Source: an uncultured Candidatus Micrarchaeota archaeon
Lineage (GTDB): Archaea; Micrarchaeota; Micrarchaeia; Burarchaeales; Fermentimicrarchaeaceae
NCBI GenBank assembly: GCA_903921825.1
Contig: CAIXRF010000020.1
Coordinates: forward strand, 1-51,558
Length of the DNA: 51,558 nucleotides
Direction of reading: 5' to 3'
Position 1 is the stretch's first letter. Every line of letters starts with the position of its first letter. Below the pieces are notes generated by a model that was given only the letters and a program-made list of their open reading frames with translations, did no database searches and was not told where the DNA came from. Below, one piece after another: positions 24,701 through 34,545 of this stretch. The position numbers and the translations under genes were made by a program.

Positions 24701-25006
24701 TTACCGTTTCCTTCGCTTCGCGGCCTTCAAATGCCTCGCTCGGTGCGCCGCCTCCTTCCTGAAAGTAATGAGCGAATAATAGAAGTTAGCGAGGGACATA
24801 AGCCCGGATATGGCGTTAAGCGCCATGAATGCGATATCATTTATGGTCCACGAGTAATAGGCGAGAATCCAGCTGCCGACCATGTAAAGTGCGGCGAAGT
24901 TGGGGTTCATCCTGCTCGTCTTCGTGCGCAGCACGTCTATCGTCTGCGGCAGCCACGCAAGTATGAGGCAAAACAGTCCGACCAGCCCAAGTGTTATGTC
25001 CGCCAT
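24701..25006 (-). CDS. PQ-loop / SemiSWEET-like 3-TM membrane protein
   Basis: ATG 25006 (MADITLGLVGLFCLILAWLPQTIDVLR) gives about 101 aa with three TM helices and a LPQ motif. The longer ORF to 25111 would overlap tmk. Confidence 0.6.
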   Translation of the reverse strand: MADITLGLVGLFCLILAWLPQTIDVLRTKTSRMNPNFAALYMVGSWILAYYSWTINDIAFMALNAISGLMSLANFYYSLITFRKEAAHRARHLKAAKRRKR

Positions 25007-25019
25007 CCAAGCACCAACA

Positions 25020-25646
25020 TCATTTAAGGAGGGGCGAAACCAGCGCCCTAATCTCCTCCGCAACTTCTTCGATTGGCTTCTCGCCGTCCATGCGCGCCCA
25101 GTCCCTTCCAAGCCACCTGTTCGAGTAGAGGCGGGAGTAGTTTGCGCGCACCTTCACGAGAAGCGCTCCATCCGTGTCATGCACGTCCTTCTTCCGCCTT
25201 CCCCTTTTCTTCCTCCGCCTCTTTATCCCGATGGAAGGCGAAACGTCAAGCCAGAGTATGAGATCCGGCTTCAGCGGTGAGAACAGCTCAACCTGCAAAA
25301 GTGCGCCCTCGAGCGAAAGGCCCTTCGCGCACTGGTATGCCACGGTGGATGTTAGGTAGCGGTCCGTCACCACAATCTCCCCGGCCTCGATGCTCTTCCG
25401 CACGCTCTCCTGGTCCTTCATTATGTCCGCCGCAAACGTAAGGAACTGCGTCTTCACGTCGAGCTGAATCGTCCCCCTGAGGAACTCGTTCAAAGTCTTC
25501 CCATACGAGGACTTCAGGTCGGGGTAAGTGAGCACGCGGACGGAGCGGCCTTCCTCGCGAAGCCATGCCGCAAGGCGCTTGCACTGCTCCGCCTTGCCGC
25601 TGCCGTCAATCCCCTCGATGTCTATGAATAGCCCACGTCGTTCCAC
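25020..25646 (-). CDS. tmk: Thymidylate kinase
   Basis: P-loop in FIDIEGIDGSGKAEQCKRLAAWL and a DRY motif in VVTDRYLTS. Confidence 0.88.
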   Translation of the reverse strand: MERRGLFIDIEGIDGSGKAEQCKRLAAWLREEGRSVRVLTYPDLKSSYGKTLNEFLRGTIQLDVKTQFLTFAADIMKDQESVRKSIEAGEIVVTDRYLTSTVAYQCAKGLSLEGALLQVELFSPLKPDLILWLDVSPSIGIKRRRKKRGRRKKDVHDTDGALLVKVRANYSRLYSNRWLGRDWARMDGEKPIEEVAEEIRALVSPLLK

Positions 25647-25707
25647 GGGGGAGGTTTGAGGCGAAGCATTTTATATTATCACCTGCGCAAAGTTAATCCT
25701 GATTCTT

Positions 25708-26625
25708 ATGTTGCATGGAAAAGACCTGGTGTCCATAAGGGACTTGGAGAAGGGAGACATCGAGCTCATCCTCAGGCGCGCCGCCGAGATGGACAAGGCG
25801 CTGGGCACGGGGAAGCCGATTGAAATCCTGAAGCGGAAGATAGTGGCGACGCTCTTCTTTGAGCCGAGCACGAGGACGAAGATGAGCTTCCAGACCGCGG
25901 CGAAGCGGGTGGGCGCGCAGATAATAAACCTCACCTCCGTCGAGTCCAGCTCGCTGAAGAAGGGCGAGACGCTTGCGGACACGCTGAGGATGGTGGACGG
26001 CTACTCGGACCTCATAGTCATCAGGCACGCGGCAGAGGGGGCCGCGCGCTATGCGGCGGAAATCTGCCAGCGCCCGGTCGTGAACGCGGGCGACGGCGGG
26101 AACCAGCACCCCACGCAGACGCTGCTCGACCTCTATACGATAACGAAGATGAAGGGCAAGCTTGAGGGGCTGAGCGTCTACCTCGTCGGCGACCTGAAAT
26201 ACGCGAGGACCATGCGCAGCCTTCTCTACGGCCTCGCGATGTTCGGCGCGGACGTAACGCTCGTCGCCCCCGAGGGGCTGGAGATGAACCCCGGCGTGAT
26301 TAAGGAGGCGAAGGAGCGGTTCGGCGCGAAGGTGCGGGAGCATAGCGCAATGGAGCTGGGTGGCGCAGACGTCGCCTACGTCTGCAGGATACAGAAGGAG
26401 AGGTTTGCGGACCCCTACGAGGCAGAGAAGGTGCAGAAGACGTTCCGCATAACAATGGACGCGCTCAGGGGCGTTAAGGACGACCTCGCAATCCTGCACC
26501 CGCTCCCGAAGATTGACGAGATGGACCCGGAGATAGACAAGACGAAATATGCGAGATACTTCGAGCAGGCGAGGCTCGGCGTTCCGGTGAGGATGGCGAT
26601 TCTTGCGGAGATAATGGGCGCATAG
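25708..26625 (+). CDS. pyrB: Aspartate carbamoyltransferase catalytic subunit
   Basis: FFEPSTRTKMSF, HPTQTLLDL and ILHPLP motifs. Confidence 0.95.
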   Translation: MLHGKDLVSIRDLEKGDIELILRRAAEMDKALGTGKPIEILKRKIVATLFFEPSTRTKMSFQTAAKRVGAQIINLTSVESSSLKKGETLADTLRMVDGYSDLIVIRHAAEGAARYAAEICQRPVVNAGDGGNQHPTQTLLDLYTITKMKGKLEGLSVYLVGDLKYARTMRSLLYGLAMFGADVTLVAPEGLEMNPGVIKEAKERFGAKVREHSAMELGGADVAYVCRIQKERFADPYEAEKVQKTFRITMDALRGVKDDLAILHPLPKIDEMDPEIDKTKYARYFEQARLGVPVRMAILAEIMGA

Positions 26626-26635
26626 GGGTGTTCAT

Positions 26636-27073
26636 ATGGGCGAGCTTGTTGTCGAAAAAATAGAGAACGGAACGGTGATAGACCACATCCCTGCCGGGAT
26701 GGGGATGAAGGTCCTCAGCATCCTTGGCGTCGGCGAGGGCTCCAAGATTGCGCTTCTCATGAACGTGCCGAGCAAGAGCCACGGGAAGAAAGACATCCTG
26801 AAGTTCTCGGACAAGCAGCTTACGGAAAGGGAGGTAAACAAGATAGCGCTCGTCGCCTCCTCCGCGACGCTGAACATAATAAAGAGCGGTAACGTCGTTG
26901 AGAAGAGGAATGTGCGCGTCCCGAACGAGCTCCTCGGGGTTGCGAAGTGCCCGAACCCCCGCTGCATAACCAACTCGCCGGAGCGGATGGAGACGAAGTT
27001 CAGGAGCGATGGCGCAAAGTTCAGGTGCTCCTACTGCGAGATGCTCTTCGAGGCGAAGGAGCTCGGAGTCTAG
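26636..27073 (+). CDS. pyrI: Aspartate carbamoyltransferase regulatory subunit
   Basis: VEKIENGTVIDHIPAG, plus the Zn-binding segment CPNPRCITN...FRCSYCE. Confidence 0.93.
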   Translation: MGELVVEKIENGTVIDHIPAGMGMKVLSILGVGEGSKIALLMNVPSKSHGKKDILKFSDKQLTEREVNKIALVASSATLNIIKSGNVVEKRNVRVPNELLGVAKCPNPRCITNSPERMETKFRSDGAKFRCSYCEMLFEAKELGV

Positions 27074-27561
27074 ACCTGCGCCAGAAGCACGATGTAGTTC
27101 TGGCCGTAGGCCTTGGCGCACGCGGGGCACATCGTGTAGAAGAAGTAGAGCTTCTTCAGCCGCTTCCCCTTCGATTTCACGAACTTGTGCATCTCCTCAA
27201 CAAACTTCCCAATCTCGCTGTAGCCGCCCTCGAAAACCTTTGAGAGGAAAGTTCCCGAGATTTTCACGTTTTCCATCCCCGAAACCGGCTTGCTGACTGA
27301 AATATACATGTCACTCCCCCACAATGAGTTCTCATCCGAGAGCAGGAGCGGCTCTTTTGCCTGCGCCTTCGCCGCCCAAATCTTCTCCATCGAACTTTTC
27401 ATCACCTGCCCAACATTCAGGGGCATGTGGAAGAAACTCGTGACGTGAACCTTCACGAAAAGCCTGTTCTTGAGGACCACCGTCTTCCCATCCCACGGCT
27501 TCGGGTCGAACCTCTTGCAGCAGCCAGTGTCTTTCACAAATTTCTTTGCCATAAACATCAC
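27070..27561 (-). CDS. Conserved hypothetical protein with N-terminal CC and C-terminal CPxC motifs
   Basis: 163-aa ORF containing DTGCCKRFDPKPWDG and FFYTMCPACAKAYGQNY. The family is recognised only as a conserved uncharacterised protein. Confidence 0.5.
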   Translation of the reverse strand: MMFMAKKFVKDTGCCKRFDPKPWDGKTVVLKNRLFVKVHVTSFFHMPLNVGQVMKSSMEKIWAAKAQAKEPLLLSDENSLWGSDMYISVSKPVSGMENVKISGTFLSKVFEGGYSEIGKFVEEMHKFVKSKGKRLKKLYFFYTMCPACAKAYGQNYIVLLAQV

Positions 27562-27613
27562 CGGAGTGGATTATGGCGCAGGCTTAATAAATATTCAAAC
27601 ACAAACCCAATTG

Positions 27614-28480
27614 ATGGCAAGGCTCGTACTTCTCTCGGAAACAGCGGGAGATTTCTCCGGCGCATTCCCAAACGCGGTGCGGGTGGAGATGAAGTCATTC
27701 CCTGACGGCGAGAGCTACATCCGCATACCTGAGAACTGCAAGGGAAAGGAAGTGCTCCTCATCCACCGCTGCTATCCTTCGCCGAACGACAACCTCGTCA
27801 AATTATTCCTCATGCTCGACGCAATCCGCAGTCAGTCGCCCTCCTCCCTCCGCGCCTTCGTCCCCTACCTCCCCTACGCGAGGATGGACAAGAGCGTGAA
27901 GGAGGGAGAGGCGGTGAGCGCGGAAACCATCTGCAGGATGCTGAAGTCCCTCGGCTGTGCCGAGCTCATCACGCTCGACTGCCACTTCATAAAGAAGGGC
28001 GCGGGAATCCACGAATGGGCGGGCCTGCGCATAAGGAACATTTCCGCAGCGGATGCGCTCCTTGCCCAGCTGAGGAAGAAGGCCCCGGGCGCCCTAGTAA
28101 TCTCGCCGGACCAGGGCGCGAGCTACATGGCGAAGGGCGGCAAGTCCATGAAGAAGGTGAGGGGCGAATACGGCGAAATGGGGGGCGCGACCTACCGCCA
28201 CGTTGCGAAGTTCGAAGCGGACTTCGACGTGAAGGGGAAGGACGTAATCATAATCGACGACATGGTTTCAACGGGCTCCACGATGATTAAGGCGGTGAAG
28301 GTGCTGAAGGATGGCGGGGCTAAGCGGGTTTTCTGCGCAGCGACGCACGGCCTTTTCCTGAACAATGCCCTGGAAAAGCTCGTGGAAGCTGGGGCGGAAG
28401 AGACGATATGCGCGAACTCCATCGTATCCCCCGCAGCACGAATAGACGCAGCCGCCCTGCTCAGGGAAGCGATAGGATGA
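27614..28480 (+). CDS. prs: Ribose-phosphate pyrophosphokinase
   Basis: ATG 27614. Motifs FPDGESYIRI, VPYLPYARMDK and IIIDDMVSTGSTM. Confidence 0.9.
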   Translation: MARLVLLSETAGDFSGAFPNAVRVEMKSFPDGESYIRIPENCKGKEVLLIHRCYPSPNDNLVKLFLMLDAIRSQSPSSLRAFVPYLPYARMDKSVKEGEAVSAETICRMLKSLGCAELITLDCHFIKKGAGIHEWAGLRIRNISAADALLAQLRKKAPGALVISPDQGASYMAKGGKSMKKVRGEYGEMGGATYRHVAKFEADFDVKGKDVIIIDDMVSTGSTMIKAVKVLKDGGAKRVFCAATHGLFLNNALEKLVEAGAEETICANSIVSPAARIDAAALLREAIG

Positions 28481-29061
28481 ACCTGCATGCGAGGATGGAG
28501 CGCCTCTGCGGGAAAGTTTCCGAGCAGTGCACCGCAATCAGCGAGAAGCAGGCCGAGCGCTTCGTCCATTTGCTGACGGGCTCGGAGCGCATATTCATCG
28601 CGGGCACGGGGCGCAGCGGGCTTGTGGCGCGCGCCTTCGGGATGCGGCTCATGCACCTCGGCTTCACCGTCTATATAGTCGGCGAGGTCGTCACCCCCGC
28701 GATAAGGAAGGGCGACCTCCTGCTGCTTGTCTCGGGCTCAGGCCTGACCGCCTCGCTCGTCGCAGCGGCGCGCACCGGGAAGGCGAAGGGGGCGAAGGTC
28801 GTTGCAGTAACTTCATTCCCAAAGTCGCCAGTCGCCGCAAACTCAAGCCACGTCGTCCAGGTGAGGGGCCGCAGGATGGGCGAGGTGGACAAGGACTACC
28901 TGAACCGGCAGCTCGCAGGCAGGCACGAGCCCCTCGCACCGCTCGGCACAATCTTCGAGCTGAGCACAGCGGTCTTCTTCGACTCGGTTGTGGAAGAGCT
29001 CATGGGGCGCTACAGGAAGAGCGAGAAGGAGATGAGGGAGAGGCACACCAACCTGGAATGA
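28477..29061 (+). CDS. 6-phospho-3-hexuloisomerase (SIS domain)
   Basis: ATG 28477 overlaps the prs stop (ATGA). The block IFIAGTGRSGLVARAFGMRLMHLGFTVYIVGEVVTPAIRKGDLLLLVSGSGLT matches the PHI pattern. Confidence 0.8.
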   Translation: MNLHARMERLCGKVSEQCTAISEKQAERFVHLLTGSERIFIAGTGRSGLVARAFGMRLMHLGFTVYIVGEVVTPAIRKGDLLLLVSGSGLTASLVAAARTGKAKGAKVVAVTSFPKSPVAANSSHVVQVRGRRMGEVDKDYLNRQLAGRHEPLAPLGTIFELSTAVFFDSVVEELMGRYRKSEKEMRERHTNLE

Positions 29062-29062
29062 G

Positions 29063-30181
29063 CTAAATCATTCCCCTGTATTTCATCGCCTTGCGCACGC
29101 GGTCCTTCGCAATCGCCATCGCGGCCTCGCGCGTCGTCATGGAATCGCGCCGCGCATTCAGGAGCACCGTATCAACATTCTTCGTAATCTTCTTCCGCAC
29201 CGCACTGAACATCTCGTCCTCATCCTTCCCCACGAATTCAGCCGAGGAGGAGATGACGCCTCCGGCATTCGCGATTATGTCCGGCACGATGAGGACTCCC
29301 TTGGCGTGCAGCTGCTTCTCGAACTCCTCCCTCATGGGGATGTTTGCAGCCTCGACGATGACCTTCGCCTTCACCGCACCTATGTTCTTTTCGTTGATGA
29401 CGTCCGGCCTTGCGCCCGGAATCAGGATGTCCACATTCTGCGTGAACAGCGCCTCAACAGGAAGGACCTTCCCCTCCCTGTATTTCACCACGCTGCCCTG
29501 CTTCCACTTCGTGTTCAGCAGCTTCCCGTAGTCCAGCCCCTTCTCGTTGTAAATAGTCCCGTGCGAGTCGGAAACCGCGACGACAATTGCGCCCTTCTCG
29601 GAGAGGAACTTGTGCGTGAAAGTGCCGACGTTGCCATAGCCCTCTATCGCCACCTTCGCGCCCTTCAGCTCAATCCCTGCATGCCTGCACGCAACCTCTG
29701 CCGCCTCCGCGACTCCGAAGCCTGTGCTTCCGAACTCGTGCGGGAGGCCGCCCATCTCCGCCGGCTTGCCAGTGCACGCCTTCATATCCCCAATCTCGTC
29801 CGCGAAAGCGCCCATCTCCGCCTCGCCCATGTTCATGTCAGGCCCTGCGACGTATTCGGATGGCACGAGCCCTTTCAGGCCGTGCGCAAATGCCCTCACA
29901 AGCGCGTCTTTGCTGCCCTTCGGGTCGCCCTTTATCCCGGCCTTCGCCCCGCCGAAAGGTATGTCGGCGAGCGCGTTCTTCCACGTCATCGCGCGCGCAA
30001 GCCGCAGGACCTCCTCCGTCGTAATATCCGGCTCGAGCCGTATCCCTCCTTTCCCCGGCCCGCGCGCGGTGTTGTCCACTACGAGGATGCCCTTCATCTT
30101 CGTCTTCGAGTCCCAGATGACCACAACCTTTTCCGGACCCCATTCGTCCATCTTCGGCTCAATCAGCTCCATAAGATTCAT
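29063..30181 (-). CDS. Glu/Leu/Phe/Val-family amino-acid dehydrogenase
   Basis: GPGKGGIRLEP, PFGGAKAGIKGDP and the Rossmann segment IEGYGNVGTF. Confidence 0.88.
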   Translation of the reverse strand: MNLMELIEPKMDEWGPEKVVVIWDSKTKMKGILVVDNTARGPGKGGIRLEPDITTEEVLRLARAMTWKNALADIPFGGAKAGIKGDPKGSKDALVRAFAHGLKGLVPSEYVAGPDMNMGEAEMGAFADEIGDMKACTGKPAEMGGLPHEFGSTGFGVAEAAEVACRHAGIELKGAKVAIEGYGNVGTFTHKFLSEKGAIVVAVSDSHGTIYNEKGLDYGKLLNTKWKQGSVVKYREGKVLPVEALFTQNVDILIPGARPDVINEKNIGAVKAKVIVEAANIPMREEFEKQLHAKGVLIVPDIIANAGGVISSSAEFVGKDEDEMFSAVRKKITKNVDTVLLNARRDSMTTREAAMAIAKDRVRKAMKYRGMI

Positions 30182-30201
30182 TAAGGTGCGGAAGGATTAA
30201 A

Positions 30202-30453
30202 ATGGGTGTTGGAGTGATGTGCATGCCGCTTTCATATGTGGGCTTCACAACAGTCATCCTCGGACTCCCTATCATCGTGTGGCTCGGCATGCTTCTGCTG
30301 TCACTCCTACTCATCCAGGTAATCATCGCCTTCCTGAACCTTCGGATGAAAATAACCGCCATCCCATTCAGCGTGCATAGGGTCCTCGGCTACATCATCC
30401 TCATCATCGCCCTCATCCACGCTTTCCTCGGCCTCGCGGCCTACCTTCCATAA
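30202..30453 (+). CDS. Small hypothetical membrane protein
   Basis: 83-aa ORF with three hydrophobic helices and no recognised motif. Confidence 0.4.
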   Translation: MGVGVMCMPLSYVGFTTVILGLPIIVWLGMLLLSLLLIQVIIAFLNLRMKITAIPFSVHRVLGYIILIIALIHAFLGLAAYLP

Positions 30454-30493
30454 ACTATAAAAGCGGCTCCGGCAATAGGTAGTCGGTGATATA

Positions 30494-30907
30494 ATGGGGC
30501 TTCTCGATCTATTCGGCAAGCGCGACGTAAGCGCAGAACTAACTAGGAAAGTCCCATATGCCCTCACCCTCCAGCTCCATCCTTACAGGCTGAGTGCGAA
30601 CAGGAATGATTCCGTCGTCCTAAAAATCGGAGTGGACAACATCTCAAAGGAGCCGCTACTCACGTCAATAGTGGTGAAAATCCCGAAGAAGCTCGGACTC
30701 GACCAGACCGGACTGCAGCAGGTAAGGGAGATACGACTCGGCGAGCTCGCAAACGGGGATGCAAAGACGGTCAACGTCGAGATTTTCAGCTCCACGAAGA
30801 CGGACGCAGCAGAATACCCCATAGAAGTCACTGCAATCTCCCACTACCGCAACTACGCCTACGTGCTCAACTCTGAGAGGAAGAAGGCGGTGCTGAGAGC
30901 GGTCTGA
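30494..30907 (+). CDS. Hypothetical protein (predicted beta-rich)
   Basis: 137-aa ORF whose stop abuts the GTG start of the MFS gene. No motif recognised. Confidence 0.45.
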   Translation: MGLLDLFGKRDVSAELTRKVPYALTLQLHPYRLSANRNDSVVLKIGVDNISKEPLLTSIVVKIPKKLGLDQTGLQQVREIRLGELANGDAKTVNVEIFSSTKTDAAEYPIEVTAISHYRNYAYVLNSERKKAVLRAV

Positions 30908-30908
30908 C

Positions 30909-32114
30909 GTGAAGCAGCCGGAAGCAGTCAAGATTTTCTCCCTCCTCAATCTCTTCTGGGGGATCTGGGGAGCGCCGTTCGGATTCTTCGTTGCCATCTA
31001 CCTAGCCCAGACAGGGGTCAGCGACTCGAACATAGGCCTCCTCTTCGGCGTGAACTCCCTCATGGGCCTTGTCGTCGCGTTTCCCTCCGGCATCCTGAGC
31101 GACAGGTTCAACCCAGTGCGCGCCATGCTCGTCGGCCTCATCATAACTGCGCCATTCTACTTCGCAATCACGCTCACGGACTCCTTCCTCCTGCTCCTCC
31201 TCTTCTTCGTCCTGGACAGCTTCGGTGCCAACCTTTACTCCATCGCTGCGGACAGCACCATGTACCGCGCAATCGAATCCACTAAAGGGAAGGCCTTCGG
31301 CACCGTGCATCTCCTCAACAACTTGGGGGTTGCCGCAGGCGCGCTCGTTGGCGGCTATGCCATCGCTTACTACGGCTTCCGCGGCCTCGGGCTCCTCGCC
31401 CTCCTTCCAATCATCGCAGTAATAGCGCTCGCGCTCCAGCTCCCTCGTGCAAAGGTGAAGCTGGCGAAGCTCTCACTCAGCAGCTATCTCCAGGAGTTCA
31501 GGAGAAAGGAGTTCCTCCTCCTCGCGGTGGTGGCCTTTCTCCTCGCCTACCACTGGGGCACGGAGAAGACGTCCTTCCCGCTCTATGCGAGCAACATCCT
31601 CTTCCTTTCGAGCCAGCAGCTGGGCCTCCTCTTCTTCCTCAACCTCCTTATCTATGCCATCGGCGGCCTACTGGCCGGAAGGCTCATCGACATCTCAAAG
31701 CACAGGACGCGCCTCTTCATCCTTGGCCTTGTCATCTCCGCAGCAGGCAGCCTCCTCTACTCATCCAGCTACGATTTCGGCTCCGCGCTCCTGGCGCGCC
31801 TGCTCCACGACAGCGGGGATGCGATGCTCGGCGTCTCCCTGATGTTCGCAATCTCCGTTATCGCAGGAAGGGAGCGGATGGGCGGCGCAGTCGGTGCCAT
31901 GTACATAATTTACATCCTTGCGAACTTCACGGGTGCCGTAGCCAGCGGCTACATCAACCAGTATTTCGGCTACCCTACAGCAATACAAGTTTCCGCCCTC
32001 CTCACCCTCGCCTCGGCGGCAGTCCTCGCGCTCACCGTTCTGAGCAAAATAAGCAAAAGCCCGTTTGCGGCTAAGTCTAAGTCTTCTCCTCCTCTTCCTT
32101 CTTCTCTTCACTAG
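30909..32114 (+). CDS. MFS transporter
   Basis: About 12 TM segments, a GILSDRFNP loop motif and a GTG start. Confidence 0.8.
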   Translation: MKQPEAVKIFSLLNLFWGIWGAPFGFFVAIYLAQTGVSDSNIGLLFGVNSLMGLVVAFPSGILSDRFNPVRAMLVGLIITAPFYFAITLTDSFLLLLLFFVLDSFGANLYSIAADSTMYRAIESTKGKAFGTVHLLNNLGVAAGALVGGYAIAYYGFRGLGLLALLPIIAVIALALQLPRAKVKLAKLSLSSYLQEFRRKEFLLLAVVAFLLAYHWGTEKTSFPLYASNILFLSSQQLGLLFFLNLLIYAIGGLLAGRLIDISKHRTRLFILGLVISAAGSLLYSSSYDFGSALLARLLHDSGDAMLGVSLMFAISVIAGRERMGGAVGAMYIIYILANFTGAVASGYINQYFGYPTAIQVSALLTLASAAVLALTVLSKISKSPFAAKSKSSPPLPSSLH

Positions 32115-32412
32115 CCGCCGGCGGGGGCGTGGGGGCAGCGGGTGCAAGGGCGGCAAGCTTCCCGGTCAGCTCCTCAAGCGCAAGCACAATCTTCTGCCCC
32201 CTCTCGGTGAGCGACACGTGTCTAATCTTCCCCTCCTTCTTCACTTCCACGACGCCCTCCTTCTCAAAAGTTGACAGCAGCTCGGTCACGTAGACGTAGC
32301 TCAAGCCCGACTGCCTCGCTAGGCTGCTCGCATACCACCTTTTCGTGCCGTCCTTCAAACTGGTGAGAACAAGCGCATTCTTCGGGTGCAGCAGGACATC
32401 CTTCGTTGCCAC
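32077..32412 (-). CDS. Winged-helix transcriptional regulator (ArsR/MarR-like) with an acidic/Lys-rich tail
   Basis: The segment WYASSLARQSGLSYVYVTELLSTFEKEGVVEVKKEGKIRHVSLTERG is wHTH-like. The 3' end overlaps the MFS gene by 38 nt. Confidence 0.65.
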   Translation of the reverse strand: MATKDVLLHPKNALVLTSLKDGTKRWYASSLARQSGLSYVYVTELLSTFEKEGVVEVKKEGKIRHVSLTERGQKIVLALEELTGKLAALAPAAPTPPPAASEEKKEEEEKT

Positions 32413-32439
32413 GGAGGGATTTCCGCAGCGGGATTTAAA

Positions 32440-33138
32440 TTAAGAGGCGATTCCGCGCGGGAGGGGAGCGAGCCTGTACTTCATCTCGCCAAGCTTCTCT
32501 CCGCCATTCTCCCTGATTTTCTTCGCCATGCCGGGCGCATGCCCCGCGCCAACCACCACGACAACATTCTCGGCCTTGAGCCTCAGCAGCTGGGAGAACA
32601 TGTGCTCATCCCTCTCCTCGACGAGCACGCGGTATGTGTTCGGCAGCTGCGCGCTGAACTCCCTGAACAAGTCCGCAAACTCCCTTCCTTTCGCAAGCCT
32701 TTCGAAATCCAGGGGCTTCCTCTTCGAGAATGGGTTCGGCAGGAATGCAATAGGGGAAAGGACTATCTGCGACACGAGCGCCAGCTTCTCCGAGAGCGGA
32801 ATGTGCGAGAGCCTTCCCATCGTGATTGAAATGTCCCGGTCTATGAGCGCGACGGGTATCCTGGACTCCTTCGCGGCCTCGACGGCAGCGAGCATCTCGC
32901 TGCCCGGCATTATCTTCAGCCACTTCCCCACGGCCGTCTGAAAGATGTAGAACGCGGCGGCGAACGGGTGGGACGCGAGCTCCCTGAGTGTGGGCTCCTT
33001 CTTCTCGAGCAGCGCCTGAAGCCTTCCCCTGTCCAGCTCAATCGCCACCACGTCCGGCTTCGTCTCCTCGATGGCCTTCCTCACCCTGCGCACGCTCCCC
33101 TCGGAGATGTGTGCGACGGGCACGATGGTGACGTTCAT
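32440..33138 (-). CDS. TraB/PrgY-family protein
   Basis: The segment VTIVPVAHISEGSVRRVRKAIEETKPDVVAIELDRGR is a typical TraB-family N-terminus. Confidence 0.75.
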   Translation of the reverse strand: MNVTIVPVAHISEGSVRRVRKAIEETKPDVVAIELDRGRLQALLEKKEPTLRELASHPFAAAFYIFQTAVGKWLKIMPGSEMLAAVEAAKESRIPVALIDRDISITMGRLSHIPLSEKLALVSQIVLSPIAFLPNPFSKRKPLDFERLAKGREFADLFREFSAQLPNTYRVLVEERDEHMFSQLLRLKAENVVVVVGAGHAPGMAKKIRENGGEKLGEMKYRLAPLPRGIAS

Positions 33139-33277
33139 CGCCTGTGCTTGCGCAGCGGAGGTTTAAAACACCCCCAACCCAATCATTCGATAACTGTACT
33201 ACCATGCAAACCAAGCGAAAAGCTTTTAAGGAAAGCGCACGAAGCAGAAATGCGGCATTGCGCTAGCAGGTGATTGA

Positions 33278-33604
33278 ATGGGCGTAAGGGTTTCAAGGCT
33301 ATATGGGATGGACGTATACAGCGACAACGGGAAGTACCTCGGAAGGGCGCAGGAGCTCATCCTCGACCTGGAGAAGGGCGAGATATTGAGGATAACGCTC
33401 GAGCCCCTTGGCTCCGTCACGCGCGAGGACGCGAAGCGCATACTCCGGGAGAGGAGCATCCTCTACAAGAACGTGCGCAGCGTCGAGGACGTGATAATGG
33501 TGAGCAAGGCCTCGGCAATCGCTGCCAGCGAGCCACTTCCCGAGGAAGAGGAAGCCGCTCCAACGCCGAGATTCGGCTTCAGCAGCGGATTCACGAGGAG
33601 TTAA
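33278..33604 (+). CDS. PRC-barrel domain protein
   Basis: The segment LYGMDVYSDNGKYLGRAQELILDLEKGEILRI matches the PRC-barrel pattern. Confidence 0.7.
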   Translation: MGVRVSRLYGMDVYSDNGKYLGRAQELILDLEKGEILRITLEPLGSVTREDAKRILRERSILYKNVRSVEDVIMVSKASAIAASEPLPEEEEAAPTPRFGFSSGFTRS

Positions 33605-34026
33605 GCCCTCAGGGTCTTTCCTCCCCTCTTTTTCTGTTTTTCCTTCTTGGCAAAAGCGAAAGCGCTGTCAATATCCTCGTCAGCGTTTCCCTTCACCACC
33701 CATTCCTGAACGTATGCAGCGAAGTTCTTCGCCGGCGCGGTGAACCTGTCCGTGAACTCGTAGCTCTCCTCCTCATGCTTCAGCATCCCAATCTGCACGG
33801 CATAGTCAAGATACCTCTTCCACGTCGCAACGGGCAGGCTCTCCGGGCAGTCCCGCAAGCGGAGGCGGCCTTTCTTCTTCACTTCAAGCAGCGCGCTAGC
33901 GAAACGATACGCCTGCGTCTCGTTCTCGAAGAGCACGCGCGCAATCTCGCGTATGCTCGGCTTCTTCGCCTTCTCCCTGAACGCGCCCGTTTCCCACTCC
34001 CAGTATTTCAAGTTCATGCCCACCAC
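33601..34026 (-). CDS. Hypothetical protein
   Basis: 141-aa ORF that abuts the GNAT gene exactly (34026/34027). It has a basic C-terminal tail and no recognised motif. Confidence 0.5.
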   Translation of the reverse strand: MVGMNLKYWEWETGAFREKAKKPSIREIARVLFENETQAYRFASALLEVKKKGRLRLRDCPESLPVATWKRYLDYAVQIGMLKHEEESYEFTDRFTAPAKNFAAYVQEWVVKGNADEDIDSAFAFAKKEKQKKRGGKTLRA

Positions 34027-34545
34027 CTACAGCTGCTTATACATCATAATCTCATCAACATATTTTCCACGGAACAGGATGGCCTTGGGCCACTTGCCGC
34101 ATTCCCTGAAGCCCATATTCCTATAAAAGCCCGGCGCAAACGGATTGTTCTCGAAGTAGGATAGCAGCATGAGCCTAATCCCGATCTTCTTCGCCTTTGC
34201 AATCGTGCGCCTTGCGAGCTCCGTGCCGATTCCTTTCCCGCGCCACTTCTTCAGAACAGAAATTCCGAATGTTCCTGAGTGCCTAGCGCGATTGAAGTCC
34301 GCCCTTCTTGCCACATGGCAAGCGCCGACCATTTTCCCGTCCACTTCCGCAACGACCCTGGCCTCATTCTGCGCCTTAATCGCCTTCAGCGTCGAATTCA
34401 GCCACTTCTTCTCCTCGCGTCGCGAGTACTTCCTATCAACTGCTAAGTAAGTGTCCTCCGCGACCAGCTCGTTAACGAACGCAACTGCAGTATCCAGGTC
34501 GCTAGCCCTTAACCCGCGATAGACTACCTTCTCCATTCCGGTCAC
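34027..34545 (-). CDS. GNAT-family N-acetyltransferase
   Basis: Acetyl-CoA motif WRGKGIGTELARRTIAKAKKIG. It abuts the DRG gene (34545/34546). Confidence 0.85.
   Translation of the reverse strand: MTGMEKVVYRGLRASDLDTAVAFVNELVAEDTYLAVDRKYSRREEKKWLNSTLKAIKAQNEARVVAEVDGKMVGACHVARRADFNRARHSGTFGISVLKKWRGKGIGTELARRTIAKAKKIGIRLMLLSYFENNPFAPGFYRNMGFRECGKWPKAILFRGKYVDEIMMYKQL

Noticed and set aside
29306-30184. 292-aa plus-strand ORF opposite the amino-acid dehydrogenase gene
   Set aside because: This is a shadow ORF. The minus-strand product has the GGIR and GGAKAG dehydrogenase motifs.
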